From Promethearchaeati archaeon SRVP18_Atabeyarchaeia-1 (GTDB lineage: Archaea > Asgardarchaeota > Atabeyarchaeia > Atabeyarchaeales > Atabeyarchaeaceae), in the NCBI GenBank assembly GCA_037308085.1, contig CP147779.1:1856001-1920000 (forward strand): a DNA stretch of 64,000 nt. The letters are read 5' to 3'. The first letter of the stretch is position 1. The number at the start of each line of letters is the position of its first letter. A model generated the notes under the pieces. That model saw only the letters and a list, made by a program, of their open reading frames with translations. It did no database searches and was not told the DNA's origin. The position numbers and the translations under genes are program-made. This document shows, one piece after another, positions 30,734 to 41,859 of this stretch.

Positions 30734-31177
30734 TCAAGTCACGGAACTAGGTGACATCATGGACTTATATGATTCAATGAAGCTCATCGCGAAACCCGTT
30801 GCGTTCTTCTCGGTGCCTCTGTGGACTCTACTTGGCCTTGTCCTTAGGTGGTGGTAGAACTCGTGCAGGACGACCAGCGGGTCCTTGAGCACCTCGCTGT
30901 TCAGAATGGATATTGTTCTATCTCTCGCCGTGTAGCAGCCCAGCACATTCTTCCGATGGCCTTTAGGTAACCCGACCTTGATCTCTGGTACGCTGACACC
31001 ATAGCACTTTGCGAGCTGCTCCAAGGCATCTTCTGGCTTGCCATTCAGTATCAGCAGGACCACCGAGGCTTTGAACTTGGTTTCATCCAGAGACATGGTA
31101 TGCTCCTTCACCAAATCGATATTAGTATCCTCAAAGCGTTGAGTCACTCTGACTAATTTGGTCCTCAGCTCACCCAC
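30734..31177 (-). CDS. Small zincin-like HExxH protein
   Basis: VLHEFYHH...E; true start probably MSLDE. Confidence 0.7.
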   Translation of the reverse strand: MGELRTKLVRVTQRFEDTNIDLVKEHTMSLDETKFKASVVLLILNGKPEDALEQLAKCYGVSVPEIKVGLPKGHRKNVLGCYTARDRTISILNSEVLKDPLVVLHEFYHHLRTRPSRVHRGTEKNATGFAMSFIESYKSMMSPSSVT

Positions 31178-31301
31178 TCTTAGAAATATGTTTATTAATC
31201 CTTTATCCTAACGTTTTGACAGATAAACTTGAAGTCTGACTGGAGTGGCAGGCGAAGATTCAGACAAAAGAACAGGTGAAGATTGGTGGTGAGATAGGGG
31301 A

Positions 31302-32489
31302 ATGGCGAAGATACAGTTAGTGGATGGCATTTACTGGGTAGGTGTAGTGGACTGGAATCTGAGAGATTTCCACGGATACACCACGAGCCGCGGAGCAACT
31401 TATAACTCTTACTTGATAGATGATGAAAAGAAGGTATTGGTCGACACGGTGAAGTACCCCTTCTTTAACGAGCTCATCGAGAAGGTGGGTGAATTCACAG
31501 AGCCTGAGAAACTCGACTATATTATCATCAACCACGTCGAACAGGATCATTCCAGCTCTTATCCAATGATCATGAATCTTGCCAAGAACGCTACTGTTGT
31601 GGCGACGCAGAGAGGAAAAGAAGGTCTAATCAAGCATTACGGAGAAGTACCGAACGAGATCAAGGTTGTCAAGACTGGTGACGAGATAAAGATCGGGAAG
31701 CGAACCCTCCGATTCATCGAAGTTCCAATGATTCACTGGCCCGACAGCATGATGACCTACGTGGTCGAGGACGAGGTTTTGCTGTCAAATGACGCGTTTG
31801 GTCAACACTACGCAACTTCCGGGCGCTTCGACGATGAGGTCGACGAACACATCTTGATGGAAGAGCTGGCGAAATACTTCGCGAATATACTGATGCCCAT
31901 AACTACTCTCATCGCTCGCAAGATCGATGAGATAACTCAGATGGGTATACCTCTGAAAATGATTGCTCCCAGCCACGGCTTGATCTGGCGCACGAACCCG
32001 TCGAAAGTCGTTAGAACCTATCTGGATTGGTGCAAGGGCTTCCTCAACAAGCAGAAGGTCGTTGTAGTATACGACACTATGTGGGGGAGCACGGAGAAGA
32101 TGGCTAGAGCTATAGTTGAAGGAATCAGAAGCGCAGGCGCCGAAGCTAAGCTGATGAAGCTGAGAATAACGGAGATGACAGATATTGTCACTGAAATCTT
32201 GGATTCGAAGGCGGTGGTCGTCGGTTCACCAACGCTACACAACGAGATCTTCCCATCAGTTAGCGGTTTCCTAACCTACATATCAGGGCTGAAACCAAAA
32301 GGCAAGGTCTGGAGCTTCTTCGGTTCCTACGGCTGGGGCGGAGGAGCGGTCAAGAAGATGACTGAAATTGCAGCCGCAGCGAAATTCGAAGTTAACGAGT
32401 CGAGCCTAGAAGTCAAGTATATTCCAACGAAAGAAGAGCTCGAGAAGTGTGTTGAGTTCGGAAAGGAAATAGCGGGAAAGATCATCTAG
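31302..32489 (+). CDS. fprA: Flavodiiron protein (A-type flavoprotein)
   Basis: GATYNSY, HVEQDH, HWPDSM, NDAFGQH, flavodoxin TMWGST and SYGWGG. Confidence 0.96.
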   Translation: MAKIQLVDGIYWVGVVDWNLRDFHGYTTSRGATYNSYLIDDEKKVLVDTVKYPFFNELIEKVGEFTEPEKLDYIIINHVEQDHSSSYPMIMNLAKNATVVATQRGKEGLIKHYGEVPNEIKVVKTGDEIKIGKRTLRFIEVPMIHWPDSMMTYVVEDEVLLSNDAFGQHYATSGRFDDEVDEHILMEELAKYFANILMPITTLIARKIDEITQMGIPLKMIAPSHGLIWRTNPSKVVRTYLDWCKGFLNKQKVVVVYDTMWGSTEKMARAIVEGIRSAGAEAKLMKLRITEMTDIVTEILDSKAVVVGSPTLHNEIFPSVSGFLTYISGLKPKGKVWSFFGSYGWGGGAVKKMTEIAAAAKFEVNESSLEVKYIPTKEELEKCVEFGKEIAGKII

Positions 32490-32606
32490 AGAAGACTTCC
32501 AAGCTGAGTATTCTCCCCGATCTGGGACTACCGTCCTGGATCAGGGAACTCCCTCCGTTTTGCTGCGCCACAATAGCACCCCGGAAAAGGGTTCTCAAGG
32601 GATCCT

Positions 32607-34733
32607 TCACTCCGACTTTCCCTTCAAATCCAATAGCTCGAGCATTCTCTGTACACTTGTGGTTGGGAGGCTACATTTGTAGCCTTGGCATACGTAAGCC
32701 GTGGCTCTGTCTTCTTTGCTCGACAAGTCCCTTGTGAATTCAGCTAGTTCCTCTATCTTGGGCGCCTCTACCCCAGTTGGCTTGAAGATCTGCACTTTGT
32801 TGGGGAGAAAACTGCTTCGAAGCGCCTTGAGCATCGCCATCATGTCTTCCGCGCCTCGATCACCGACAATGACTACCTCGGCTACTGGTCCTATGGCGAA
32901 ATCCAGTGCAGTCAACAACTGCGTGTAAGCTGCGGGTGCTCTTGACATTGTGCCGGAAAGTGTGTGAATTACCCGAGATGCCCTATCTTCGAACTCAGGT
33001 TTCTCCGTCATGTGGGCTAGGTGGAGAAGGTTTAACGTTGCAACTGAGTTGCCTGAAGGATGAGCGCCATCGTAGGCATCTTTCTTTCTAACGATAACTT
33101 CTTCCGCATCGTCTGCGCTGAGATAGAACCCGCCGTTTTCCAGATCCCAAAAGTGTTTTGCAGTGTACTCCGTCAACTGGATGGCGGATTCCAGGTATCC
33201 TGTTTCAAAGGTTGCCTCATACAACTCCGTGAGGCCCCAGACAAGAAAGGCGTAGTCATCCAGGAATCCGGGTATCGCCGCTTCGCCGTCCTTAAAGCGG
33301 TGATAGAGCTTTCCCTTCGAATCGCACATCTTTGATAGAAGAAAATCCGCTGCACGTTTCCCCAGCTCCGAGTACTTTGGTTCATCGAAGGTTTGCGCCG
33401 CCTCTGCTAGCCCAGCAATCATCAGACCGTTCAGATCAGTTAGGATCTTGTCGTCTCTACTAGGGTGAATGCGTCTCTCTCGGGCGCTGAAAAGCTTGCG
33501 CCTCGCTGCTTCAAGTCTCTCCCTGAGTTCCCTTATCGGGATTCCAGTATCGGTAGAAGTTCTCTCAAGCGACTTGCTCATGCACAGTATGTTGTTCCCT
33601 GTATCTTTGTACGTAGTTTCATCAGGGAAATTCCCATTCTCTTGAACGTTAAAGACTGATGAGAAGAGTTCTGCTTCCTCCGGGGAGAGTATTTGTTTGA
33701 TTTCGTCTTTTCTCCAGAGGTAGAACTTCCCTTCTTGCCCTTCGCTGTCCGCGTCCACCGAAGTGTAGAATCCGCCTTGGGGTGAAGTCATGTCACGCAA
33801 GACGAAGTTCAGTATTTCATCTGCTGTTCTCTTGTATTCCTCTTTCTTTGTCGCCTGGTATGCCTCGGCGTACGCCATTGTGAGCGTAGCTTGGTCGTAG
33901 AGCATCTTCTCGAAGTGCGGTTGGAACCACCTTGAGTCCACAGAGTAGCGGTGAAAGCCGAATCCTACTTGATCGAAGATGCCGCCCAGCCGCATTGATG
34001 TGAGGGTTTTCTCAACCATCAAAAGCGCCTTATCGTAGGTCGTGCGTTTCCAGTAGCGAAGGAGGAAAGTCAAATGGTGAGGGGTCGGGAACTTCGGTGC
34101 ACCTCCGAAGCCCCCATGCTCCTCGTCGAATTCTGCTGAAAGACTATTATAGGCTGTATCCAGAGTCTCCTCCCCCGACTTCTCCTCTCCAGATGCTTCC
34201 AACGCGTATTCGGCTTTGGTGAGGCGCATCACGATTCCTTGGGCTGAATTGACGAGTTGCTCTCTCTGCGAGTTCCAGAGCTCCCTTATTCTTGGGATTA
34301 GCTCTTTCATTCCCAATCGTCCGAACTTGGCTTCTCTTGGAATGTATGTCGATGAAAAGAAGGGTTTCTTGTCAGGGGTCATGATTATCGTGAGTGGCCA
34401 TCCGCCGCTTCCCGTCATCATTTGGCAGATGGCCATGTATGTGCTGTCTATGTCGGGTCTTTCTTCTCTGTCGACTTTTATGGATACGAACGAGTCATTC
34501 ATGAGCCGCGCAACTTCAGGATCTTCGAAGGACTCCTTTTCCATTACGTGGCACCAGTGGCAGGTGGAGTAGCCGATGGAGAGAAAAATCGGCTTGTCCT
34601 GTTTCTTCGCTTCTTCGAAGGCTTCAGATCCCCAAGGATACCAGTCAACTGGGTTGTGTGCATGTTGTAACAGGTAGGGGCTTTTCTCGGATATCAGGCG
34701 GTTGACTCTTCCATTCTTTGATTCCTCGTTCAT
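32607..34733 (-). CDS. YyaL/SPATA20-family thioredoxin-domain protein
   Basis: [32 protein letters not shown]. Confidence 0.95.
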   Translation of the reverse strand: MNEESKNGRVNRLISEKSPYLLQHAHNPVDWYPWGSEAFEEAKKQDKPIFLSIGYSTCHWCHVMEKESFEDPEVARLMNDSFVSIKVDREERPDIDSTYMAICQMMTGSGGWPLTIIMTPDKKPFFSSTYIPREAKFGRLGMKELIPRIRELWNSQREQLVNSAQGIVMRLTKAEYALEASGEEKSGEETLDTAYNSLSAEFDEEHGGFGGAPKFPTPHHLTFLLRYWKRTTYDKALLMVEKTLTSMRLGGIFDQVGFGFHRYSVDSRWFQPHFEKMLYDQATLTMAYAEAYQATKKEEYKRTADEILNFVLRDMTSPQGGFYTSVDADSEGQEGKFYLWRKDEIKQILSPEEAELFSSVFNVQENGNFPDETTYKDTGNNILCMSKSLERTSTDTGIPIRELRERLEAARRKLFSARERRIHPSRDDKILTDLNGLMIAGLAEAAQTFDEPKYSELGKRAADFLLSKMCDSKGKLYHRFKDGEAAIPGFLDDYAFLVWGLTELYEATFETGYLESAIQLTEYTAKHFWDLENGGFYLSADDAEEVIVRKKDAYDGAHPSGNSVATLNLLHLAHMTEKPEFEDRASRVIHTLSGTMSRAPAAYTQLLTALDFAIGPVAEVVIVGDRGAEDMMAMLKALRSSFLPNKVQIFKPTGVEAPKIEELAEFTRDLSSKEDRATAYVCQGYKCSLPTTSVQRMLELLDLKGKSE

Positions 34734-34764
34734 TTAGGCAACCTTCCTTGCGCATCGGAACAGT

Positions 34765-35589
34765 CTACTTGACGTTACTCATGAAGACGCATATCTTGGG
34801 AGGCAGTAGCGTGGAATCGATGCCTATTCTCTTGTCTGTCAGTTTGATTGGCGCTCCTCGGACGATGACGAAAGGTATTCTCTCGTTGGATTCCCCCATT
34901 AGGAGCTTTGCTGCTGAGGAAATGTCGTCGATCACTGATTGGTACGTTACGCGCAGCGTTCTCCCGTAAAGGTCTTTCTTGCCAACGTAATTCCTAGCGG
35001 GCTCTAGTCCAGCAAACCCGAGCGCCACCCCTATTGTTCCCCTTCTCCCGGGAAGCAGCCCGGAGTCTGCAATAATGATGGCAACTCTCTTTCCTGTCTT
35101 GTCCTCTATCCTTCTCTTGAAGCTCCAAGCTGACTCATCGGAATCCGCTGGTGGGAGTATGTACGAGTCCCCTGGAGAGTTGGCGACATCGATGCAGGCG
35201 TTGACGCACGGGAAGCCCCTTCTTACTGCCAGCACGTATCCGGGTGATCCTGCAAGAACGGAATCAGACTCGTCCAAGATCAACTGCATCAAGGATGATG
35301 GGAGGGCAAGCTTTCTCCCCATCTCTTCCGCCTTCCTCGAGGCCACGACGTCTGAGACTTGGCGAACCCGCTTCTCAGTTACGGAAACGATTTTAGAAGC
35401 AACGACGATTACGTCTCCATCTTCGAGAGGGAGTTGCATCCTCCCTATCGAGCTGAGGAAGATTTCTGAAGCATCGTCACTCTCAGTGATTAAGGGCGTT
35501 TTTACGGCGAAAACCTCCATTGCACTATCCAAGAGAATCATGCACCTCCAGGCGGAAGTGATCATGCTTACAGCAAGATGGTGATACAA
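34765..35589 (-). CDS. cofE: Coenzyme F420-0:gamma-glutamyl ligase family
   Basis: ASKIVS, NACIDxxN, IIADS, RRGTIGVALG, LLMGES, PFVIVRG. Confidence 0.85.
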   Translation of the reverse strand: MYHHLAVSMITSAWRCMILLDSAMEVFAVKTPLITESDDASEIFLSSIGRMQLPLEDGDVIVVASKIVSVTEKRVRQVSDVVASRKAEEMGRKLALPSSLMQLILDESDSVLAGSPGYVLAVRRGFPCVNACIDVANSPGDSYILPPADSDESAWSFKRRIEDKTGKRVAIIIADSGLLPGRRGTIGVALGFAGLEPARNYVGKKDLYGRTLRVTYQSVIDDISSAAKLLMGESNERIPFVIVRGAPIKLTDKRIGIDSTLLPPKICVFMSNVK

Positions 35590-35767
35590 TCATCAGTATT
35601 TAGAGTTCGCCTTTGGCGCTTATCTAACTCTCCAGAAGTTGCCCTCGTCCTGGAATCACTGCGAGAGTCGCACGCCGATCGCAACTCTTTTACAAAGGCG
35701 CCCCTAGTAGGATGGGTATCGATTAGACTGTTCCCAGCAGGTTCTTCTAGTGAGGTGAAACCGTGAT

Positions 35768-36235
35768 ATGGTCCGAGTGCTAAATCCTATCTTCACTGCG
35801 GTGGGAATCTGCTCCCTGCTGAGTTCGCTGGACAAGATGGGAGTGACCCCGACGCTTGTCGCCCGCCAGGCCTCAAAGGTGATTGGCCCCGTGTTGGCGG
35901 ACTTCGGAAAGATGACACTAGGCACCACGAACATGGAGGCGCCGACCCTGAACGAGTTTGTCGTAGGTCTGAGAATGGCTCTAAAGATGGGTGGGCTTGC
36001 AGACCCAGATGCTCTAGAAATGGTCAAGACCGAGGATGGCTTCACAGTCAAATGGGTTGACTGCGGGCTAAAGGACATGGCCAATGCTGCTAAGCTGTTC
36101 GGGTACAAGGACTGTCCGCTTTGTCTTCCTGGCGTCATAGTCGCTGGTCTGCTCGGTGCCCTGCATGTCGCAGACGTCAGCGATATGAAGGTTGAGAGAA
36201 ACGGAAATACGTGCCTAATGCACATTCAGATCTGA
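35768..36235 (+). CDS. V4R/DUF6125-like small ligand-binding-type protein
   Basis: Helical N-terminal part, then DC...CPLC...C pattern; RBS GAGGTGA. Confidence 0.55.
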   Translation: MVRVLNPIFTAVGICSLLSSLDKMGVTPTLVARQASKVIGPVLADFGKMTLGTTNMEAPTLNEFVVGLRMALKMGGLADPDALEMVKTEDGFTVKWVDCGLKDMANAAKLFGYKDCPLCLPGVIVAGLLGALHVADVSDMKVERNGNTCLMHIQI

Positions 36236-36430
36236 CATGGGGCACCATTTTTCGGCCAGCCAACTCTCAACTATCTTTTCATCAAATACCGGTCGGGTGT
36301 TGCGTGGTCTCATCAGACACTACCCTGAATCGCATGAAGAGTGGGAGTTATCAGATCCAGTTGTCCCAGGAGTCTTGATGGCAAATGTAATATCAGGCGA
36401 CGAACACGAGGATAGGAGGGTGACATTGAT

Positions 36431-37396
36431 TTGCGTATCAGGGCTCTTGGGCTGCATTTGACGGATCGCTGTAATGCTCGCTGCGAGCACTGCGCCTTTC
36501 ACTGTGGACCTCAAGGCAAAGGCGTGATGGCTTTAGGTGAGGCAAAAAAGTACCTTCGACAAGCCACGGAAGAAGGGGCAGACATGCTCTGCATAAGTGG
36601 CGGCGAGCCACTTCTCTTTCTCAGCACTGTAACCAGCATCGCTCGAGAAGCAAGAAGGCTCCGAATGCAGAGTATCTGGGTTTTCACTAATGCTCACTGG
36701 GCGGCGGATCGTGAATCGACGAGGAGAATACTGGTACGGCTCAAGAATGCCGGTGTCGGCAGACTCTGCCTAGGCGCTGATGGATTCCACCGGCCATTCG
36801 TTGCGACCGAGAGAGTTCGTTCGGCCATGCTTGTTGCTGCGGACTTGGGTTTGGAGCTTACTCTAGATACCCGCATCATGGGCGTGACGCTCCAGGAAGA
36901 CAACCAGATCAACAAGTCAACCGTGGAGATCCTTCGTGAACTCGGAGATTTGAGAAACATCGAAACGTGGCGCGGCCCCCCGCTCTACGTCGGCCGCGCA
37001 GCGGAGGTCCTGCCCCAGAAAATGCAGAGAGAGCCAACCTTTGTTGATGGGGCATGCATGGGCCCATGGGCGGGTGGAAGCTGGGTAAACCCAGTGGGCG
37101 TTGACATCGACTCGCATGGGGAAGTCACGCTATGCCCTGGCATAAGCATTGGCAACGCAAGAACGCAAACACTGAGCAAGATCCTGTCTGACTACAAGCC
37201 ATCGCAGCACCGCATAATCCGTGAGCTCACGGCAGGCGGACCTAAAGGCTTGTGGCGCCTGGCTTCCGACCTGGGCTACAGGCACCAAGGAGGTTACTTG
37301 AGTGCATGTCACTTGTGCTACGACGTGCGGAAGTTCATCCGATCAGATTATCCAGCGGAGCTGGCACCTATTTCCTGCTACGAAGAGCTTTGTTAA
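36431..37396 (+). CDS. Radical SAM protein, YydG/EpeE-like with auxiliary cluster
   Basis: CNARCEHC, SGGEP, TNAHWA, ADGFH, VGRA, ACHLCY. Confidence 0.85.
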   Translation: MRIRALGLHLTDRCNARCEHCAFHCGPQGKGVMALGEAKKYLRQATEEGADMLCISGGEPLLFLSTVTSIAREARRLRMQSIWVFTNAHWAADRESTRRILVRLKNAGVGRLCLGADGFHRPFVATERVRSAMLVAADLGLELTLDTRIMGVTLQEDNQINKSTVEILRELGDLRNIETWRGPPLYVGRAAEVLPQKMQREPTFVDGACMGPWAGGSWVNPVGVDIDSHGEVTLCPGISIGNARTQTLSKILSDYKPSQHRIIRELTAGGPKGLWRLASDLGYRHQGGYLSACHLCYDVRKFIRSDYPAELAPISCYEELC

Positions 37397-37490
37397 GGGT
37401 TTTCCAGTCGAGCTCTTGAGCGCCACATTGTGGACATTCTTCGGACGCTATTTGAATTCTCTGCCTGCATCTTGCGCATTCTTTGGTTTT

Positions 37491-37754
37491 CTACCATTTC
37501 GGTATCACCGAGTTTCGCTCGATATCTTTTCGCCGTTCTGTGATCCTGTCATAGACATCCGAGTCTTCATCTGCGCGGAGTTCGACCGTTAGGAACTTGG
37601 GACATGTGTAAACGTCCATGGGTGCGGCTTCCTCCTCCCCCCAGCGCCATATTGGAAGGTCTATCCTGAAGGGAAACCAACCCATATGCAGCATCTCCGT
37701 GCTGCAGATTCGACAGTTCGGAGAAGACAGCCTATCAGGATATTCTCCCATCAA
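37491..37754 (-). CDS. Small zinc-ribbon protein, possibly decayed
   Basis: CRIC...M...YTCPKF.TVEL; last Cys replaced. Confidence 0.5.
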   Translation of the reverse strand: MMGEYPDRLSSPNCRICSTEMLHMGWFPFRIDLPIWRWGEEEAAPMDVYTCPKFLTVELRADEDSDVYDRITERRKDIERNSVIPKW

Positions 37755-37857
37755 ATCATCAGCCGCTTCTAGAAACGTAGAAATTCATGGAAGTCAACCA
37801 CGCTTCTATTCGGGGCGTTGGCAGCTTGTTCGGTCCCGCCTGCTCCCCCGGCCTTAG

Positions 37858-38706
37858 GCTCTCTGGAGAGCAAAGCTCAATAGAGCAAACCTAAGCAAAG
37901 CCATACTCCGGAGAGCAGATCTTGGCGAGGCAATTCTCTTGGGAACAAAGCTAAGCGGAGCAAACCTGAGCCAGGCAAATCTATCTGGCGCGAATCTAAG
38001 TGAAGCAGATCTCAGCGGAGCAAACCTAAGTGAAGCAAACCTTGAGAAAACGGTGCTAGTTGAGGTGGACCTAAGAAAGGCATCCCTTACGAATTGCCGG
38101 GTTTACGGGATCTCTACATGGAACGTGGATCTGGAGAATGCGACTCAGTTGAATCTGATCATCACCCGTAGCGCTGAGCCCAAGATTACGGTGGACTACC
38201 TCAAGGTTGCGCAATTTGTGTACCTGCTTCTCAACAACAGGGAGATCCGGGAGGTTATTGACACTATCACTTCAAAGGTCGTGCTAATTCTAGGTAACTT
38301 TTCATCAGATCGGAAGGCAATCTTAGATGCGATCCAGGATGAACTACGTAAGCACAACTACTTGCCCATCTTGTTCGACTTCGGGAAACCTGCCAACCGG
38401 GATCTCACCGAAACGATCTCTATTCTCGCACACATGGCGCGATTTGTCATAGCTGATATTACGGATGCCGAGAGTGTTCCCCAGGAGTTGGAGCGCATAG
38501 TCCCAGAGCTACCATCGGTTCCAGTTCAACCGCTGTTGCAGGCCCCAGCCAAGCCGTACGGCATGTTCGAGCACTACCCGCGGTATCCCTGAGTTCTTGA
38601 GATACGTAGGTATGAGAGCCCTGGCAAGTTGCTGGCGTCCCTCCCAGAAAAAGTGATCGCTCCTGCCGAGGCGAAGGCGAAGGAGCTGCAGAAGAGACAG
38701 CAGTGA
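37858..38706 (+). pseudogene. Pentapeptide-repeat protein with a C-terminal alpha/beta domain; N-truncated, with internal TGA at 38590-38592
   Basis: A(N/D)LSxA repeats; VLILGNF...FDF.KP..RDLTET. After TGA the frame continues VLEIRRYE...VIAPAEAKAKEL. Confidence 0.75.
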
Positions 38707-38887
38707 CCGGACAATTCTGCGCCGCCAAAGTCATTGCTCGTGATACAACTGCGGAACTGTGGCAGTGGTTCACTTTCATGGTAGTCCCTTCAACCCCATA
38801 AGGTTTCGCCATCAACGTACCTCTATAGTTGACTTGGGATGCATAGTCTATGAGTAAGCAATTGGCGTGCACGGCAGGTGGGGCGCG

Positions 38888-39061
38888 ATGGTCGTCAACG
38901 AGGAGTGGTGGAGGGGCTTCGAGGACTGCGCCGAGATTGTCATGGGCATCCTCGACGTTGCCCGGGACCTACCGGCCGCCAAGCATAATGTGGATAAGAT
39001 GCTTGCCTTAGTGAAGGAGAAGAAATTCTCGAAGATTAAGGAGGAGCTGGGTCTACTCTGA
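38888..39061 (+). CDS. Small helical protein, GFE[DN]C family copy 1
   Basis: RGFEDCAEIV...VKEKKFSKIKEELGLL; paralog at 41644. Confidence 0.65.
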   Translation: MVVNEEWWRGFEDCAEIVMGILDVARDLPAAKHNVDKMLALVKEKKFSKIKEELGLL

Positions 39062-39072
39062 CGGTTCACACA

Positions 39073-40884
39073 TCATGTATGAGAAGACTTTATCCTGCTT
39101 GCCATCTCGTTGCCGATAGTCTCTTCACGTGCCTTCAGAAATTCGTCGTAATTATTGTTCTTCATAGCATCGTAAGCTCTCTCTTCAATTAAGTGCGTTT
39201 TGAGAACAATCTTCACTTTTTCCTCCGAGCCCAGTTTTTGTTTCATGAGATCTATGTATTTGGATGGTTTCTTGTTTTGTATGATGCTATTGTTTGTTGA
39301 TTCTTGAATCAAAGTTCTGTTCAGTATAGAGTTTTCTTTGGTGAGGGTGATTCCTGATTTCTTTGGAAATAGATGATGATCGTTCAATTTGACAAGCTCG
39401 ATTGACTGTCCATTATAGAAGTCCAGCGCCCCTTTTAGGGCTATCAAATTGAGTATCGCCTTGTATATGGCACCTTTCGAGGTGTCTCTCAAATTTATCT
39501 CTCTTATTCGGCTTTCAGCTTCCTTGACTACTTCAGGCACTCTTAAGTTGTCTCCAAACCAGTCCCTAACTTGGTCAAAATCCTGTTTTATGGCTGTATC
39601 ACTTGCTCCTGCATATCTTTCTGTGAATATAGAACTCCAATACCAAGTGTCCAACTTCTTGAAGTCATTAGGAGCCTTGCAATGTTCAAGTATTGCCGCC
39701 AATGTTGCTACTACAGGCCTGTATGGTAATAGGTTTGGTCTGATAACGCCATATCCAGTCTGGGTGTTTTGTAGTCTTCTCAAAGAATGATTGAGCAAAC
39801 TACAAGATGAGTTCCAGTTGTCCTTGTCAATTTTGAACACTTTTGAGTTCACTAGAACTTTCTTCTTCACTTCTAGAGGATTGGGTTTTTGACGCAAAGC
39901 CATAATTTGAAGTATGATTTTTGGGTATTCCTCATCATCTTCTTCGGAGAACTTATTCACTTCACTTTCTGTGTCATCGAAATACTCTTTCCACCAATCT
40001 CTGAGGTTTATTTTCTGTTTGAAGAATACGGCGGTGGCAAGAGCAAACACCGAAAGCTCCACGCCTGTTCTATTAATCCTCTCGAATATCTCTGCGACCT
40101 CATAGAACTGTTTGTTTTCAAGAGTCAACGATGGGATTTTGAAACCAAACCAATGATTGAAAATATTTCTTATGGTCGCTTTTCTCTCTTTGATCTCGCC
40201 CCAAGGTTTGCTCTTCTTAGAGATGTAGTCTCCAAAATCCTCCAACCAGCTCTCTAGTTCGGAACGTGCTCCTAAGTTGGCAAAGGGTATCCGTCCATTT
40301 TCGTAGCAATATTGCTTGAATTCCTTCTTCATTAACAAATTCCCAAAATTGCCAGCCCAGTCTAGCAAGTCCTTGAAAGAGTATTTCTTAGCCCCCGACC
40401 CCATGTCTACTTCCATGTTTTTTGTTCTGTCATTTTCCGATATTGATTCGATCGAATCTTCCCAATCTTTTTGGGCGAGTCTTTCGTTGACCTTTACAAA
40501 ATATCGGATAGGGTAAGCTGCCCCTTTAGGTTCAACCTTTGGGGGACTGTAGAGAGCGTAGAACAAGGCAGTCAATCTTTGCTGTCCATCGAGCACCGCT
40601 CTTTCAACATTTTTCTCCTCTGGTTCTGATGGTAACTTTGTGTTGACTTTTTCTACTCCCTCAAAATACCGAACTCCAAAATCAAGGGTTTCAGCACGCC
40701 TTAAGAAAAGAAGGGTGCCGACGAAATAGCCGTTTAGAACTGAAACTAATAGACTTTTTATGTCAGGATTTGCCCACACAAAACTCCTTTGAAATTCCGG
40801 AAGGACACACTTTCCTTCACAGATTTCTCTAATTGGTCCTAGAGCTTCCTCAAGTTTCGGATAGGGTTCAGCCATAACACTCAC
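39073..40884 (-). CDS. DUF262 plus C-terminal HNH-like protein (GmrSD-like type IV restriction)
   Basis: LPEFQRSFVW, LDGQQRLT, IFERINRTG, DHHLFPK...N..LN. AT-rich relative to the flanks. Confidence 0.9.
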   Translation of the reverse strand: MSVMAEPYPKLEEALGPIREICEGKCVLPEFQRSFVWANPDIKSLLVSVLNGYFVGTLLFLRRAETLDFGVRYFEGVEKVNTKLPSEPEEKNVERAVLDGQQRLTALFYALYSPPKVEPKGAAYPIRYFVKVNERLAQKDWEDSIESISENDRTKNMEVDMGSGAKKYSFKDLLDWAGNFGNLLMKKEFKQYCYENGRIPFANLGARSELESWLEDFGDYISKKSKPWGEIKERKATIRNIFNHWFGFKIPSLTLENKQFYEVAEIFERINRTGVELSVFALATAVFFKQKINLRDWWKEYFDDTESEVNKFSEEDDEEYPKIILQIMALRQKPNPLEVKKKVLVNSKVFKIDKDNWNSSCSLLNHSLRRLQNTQTGYGVIRPNLLPYRPVVATLAAILEHCKAPNDFKKLDTWYWSSIFTERYAGASDTAIKQDFDQVRDWFGDNLRVPEVVKEAESRIREINLRDTSKGAIYKAILNLIALKGALDFYNGQSIELVKLNDHHLFPKKSGITLTKENSILNRTLIQESTNNSIIQNKKPSKYIDLMKQKLGSEEKVKIVLKTHLIEERAYDAMKNNNYDEFLKAREETIGNEMASRIKSSHT

Positions 40885-40927
40885 ATCCCATAGAAATCCT
40901 CCCCGCCTCCGAGTCGAACTCTATACC

Positions 40928-40982
40928 TACCTGATCGCTGGGCACGTGATATATTCGTTGCGGAGGCATTGCGATATCCACA
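40928..40982 (-). repeat. 55-bp repeat copy 1, promoter-like, upstream of the DUF262 gene
   Basis: 51/55 identical to 44806-44860; contains ATATAT. Confidence 0.9.
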
Positions 40983-41272
40983 AGTCTCTTTAATCGCGTA
41001 TCATCCCCGACTATGCCATGGCATAAGGAGCGTACCAGAGAAACAGGGGCCTGTGTGGGACTCGAGTTGGAGCGGGTTCCTCGGGGACCTCAGAAAGGAA
41101 GTTGAGCTGTGTTGAATAGAAAGAAAGAGGATTGAGGTGGCTAGCCCACCTTGAGCTTTCCTTTGATCTGGTTCATACTGCCCCTGAGGTGCTTGAGGTT
41201 CTGCCCAATTTCGTCGACATCTCTTGTGACGAATATTGTCTTCATGTAGAGGGCTAAGAGAGACATGTTCAC

Positions 41273-41500
41273 TTAAGTAGGAGCAAAGAACTCGACATAA
41301 CCGCAATTATCGCATTTGTAGGCACGAAGTGATTTTCCTGTCCGAGCTTCAAACTGTACGTCTCGTTCTCCTCGAAGGCCCTCTTCAGTTAGTTCCTCAT
41401 CTTTTGCACTATGCCACCGAACTATGCGATCAAAACCTATTACACCCTCATGCATCGCAAACCCACATTTTGAACAATGCTTGTCTTTTACCATAAACAT
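41273..41500 (-). CDS. Small zinc-ribbon protein
   Basis: CSKCG..M.EG...AYKCDNCGYVEFFA; GAGG RBS. Confidence 0.8.
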   Translation of the reverse strand: MFMVKDKHCSKCGFAMHEGVIGFDRIVRWHSAKDEELTEEGLRGERDVQFEARTGKSLRAYKCDNCGYVEFFAPT

Positions 41501-41643
41501 CCTCTATTTTGACAGGTGATTTCCCCATCAAAATATGTTTCGCATTCGTTGCGAGATTCACACATGGAATTCGGATACCTATTGCGGCTTTGCCCCAAAG
41601 AGAGACCCTCACTTCTGCATAGGACTCTTGCACCTCAAATAAC

Positions 41644-41850
41644 GTGGTTGACCATTCTTGTTCTGTCGTGGATTGGACGGCGAGAGAGGCTTCGGGGTAT
41701 CGGCATGGGTTCGAGAACTGCCTAGGTCTGGTGGAGGACACCATCGGGTCCGTGAAGAGGCTGAAACAGGTGAAGAGCTACCTGCTGACGGTGCGGGCCA
41801 GCATGAAGGAGAAGAACGTCGTCCGGATAAGAGGGGACCTCGGTCTCTGA
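41644..41850 (+). CDS. Small helical protein, GFE[DN]C family copy 2
   Basis: HGFENCLGLV...MKEKNVVRIRGDLGL. Confidence 0.6.
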   Translation: MVDHSCSVVDWTAREASGYRHGFENCLGLVEDTIGSVKRLKQVKSYLLTVRASMKEKNVVRIRGDLGL

Positions 41851-41859
41851 TACCCTGGA

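Noticed and set aside
37810-37856. tRNA fragment or att site at the island edge
   Set aside because: The GC-rich stem only loosely resembles a tRNA 5' end; no T-arm and no second copy.
37860-38050. DNA tandem repeat array
   Set aside because: The 15-nt periodicity is explained by pentapeptide coding repeats.
41141-41266. 41-aa ORF after the zinc-ribbon gene
   Set aside because: Plausible, but no motif or homolog evidence.
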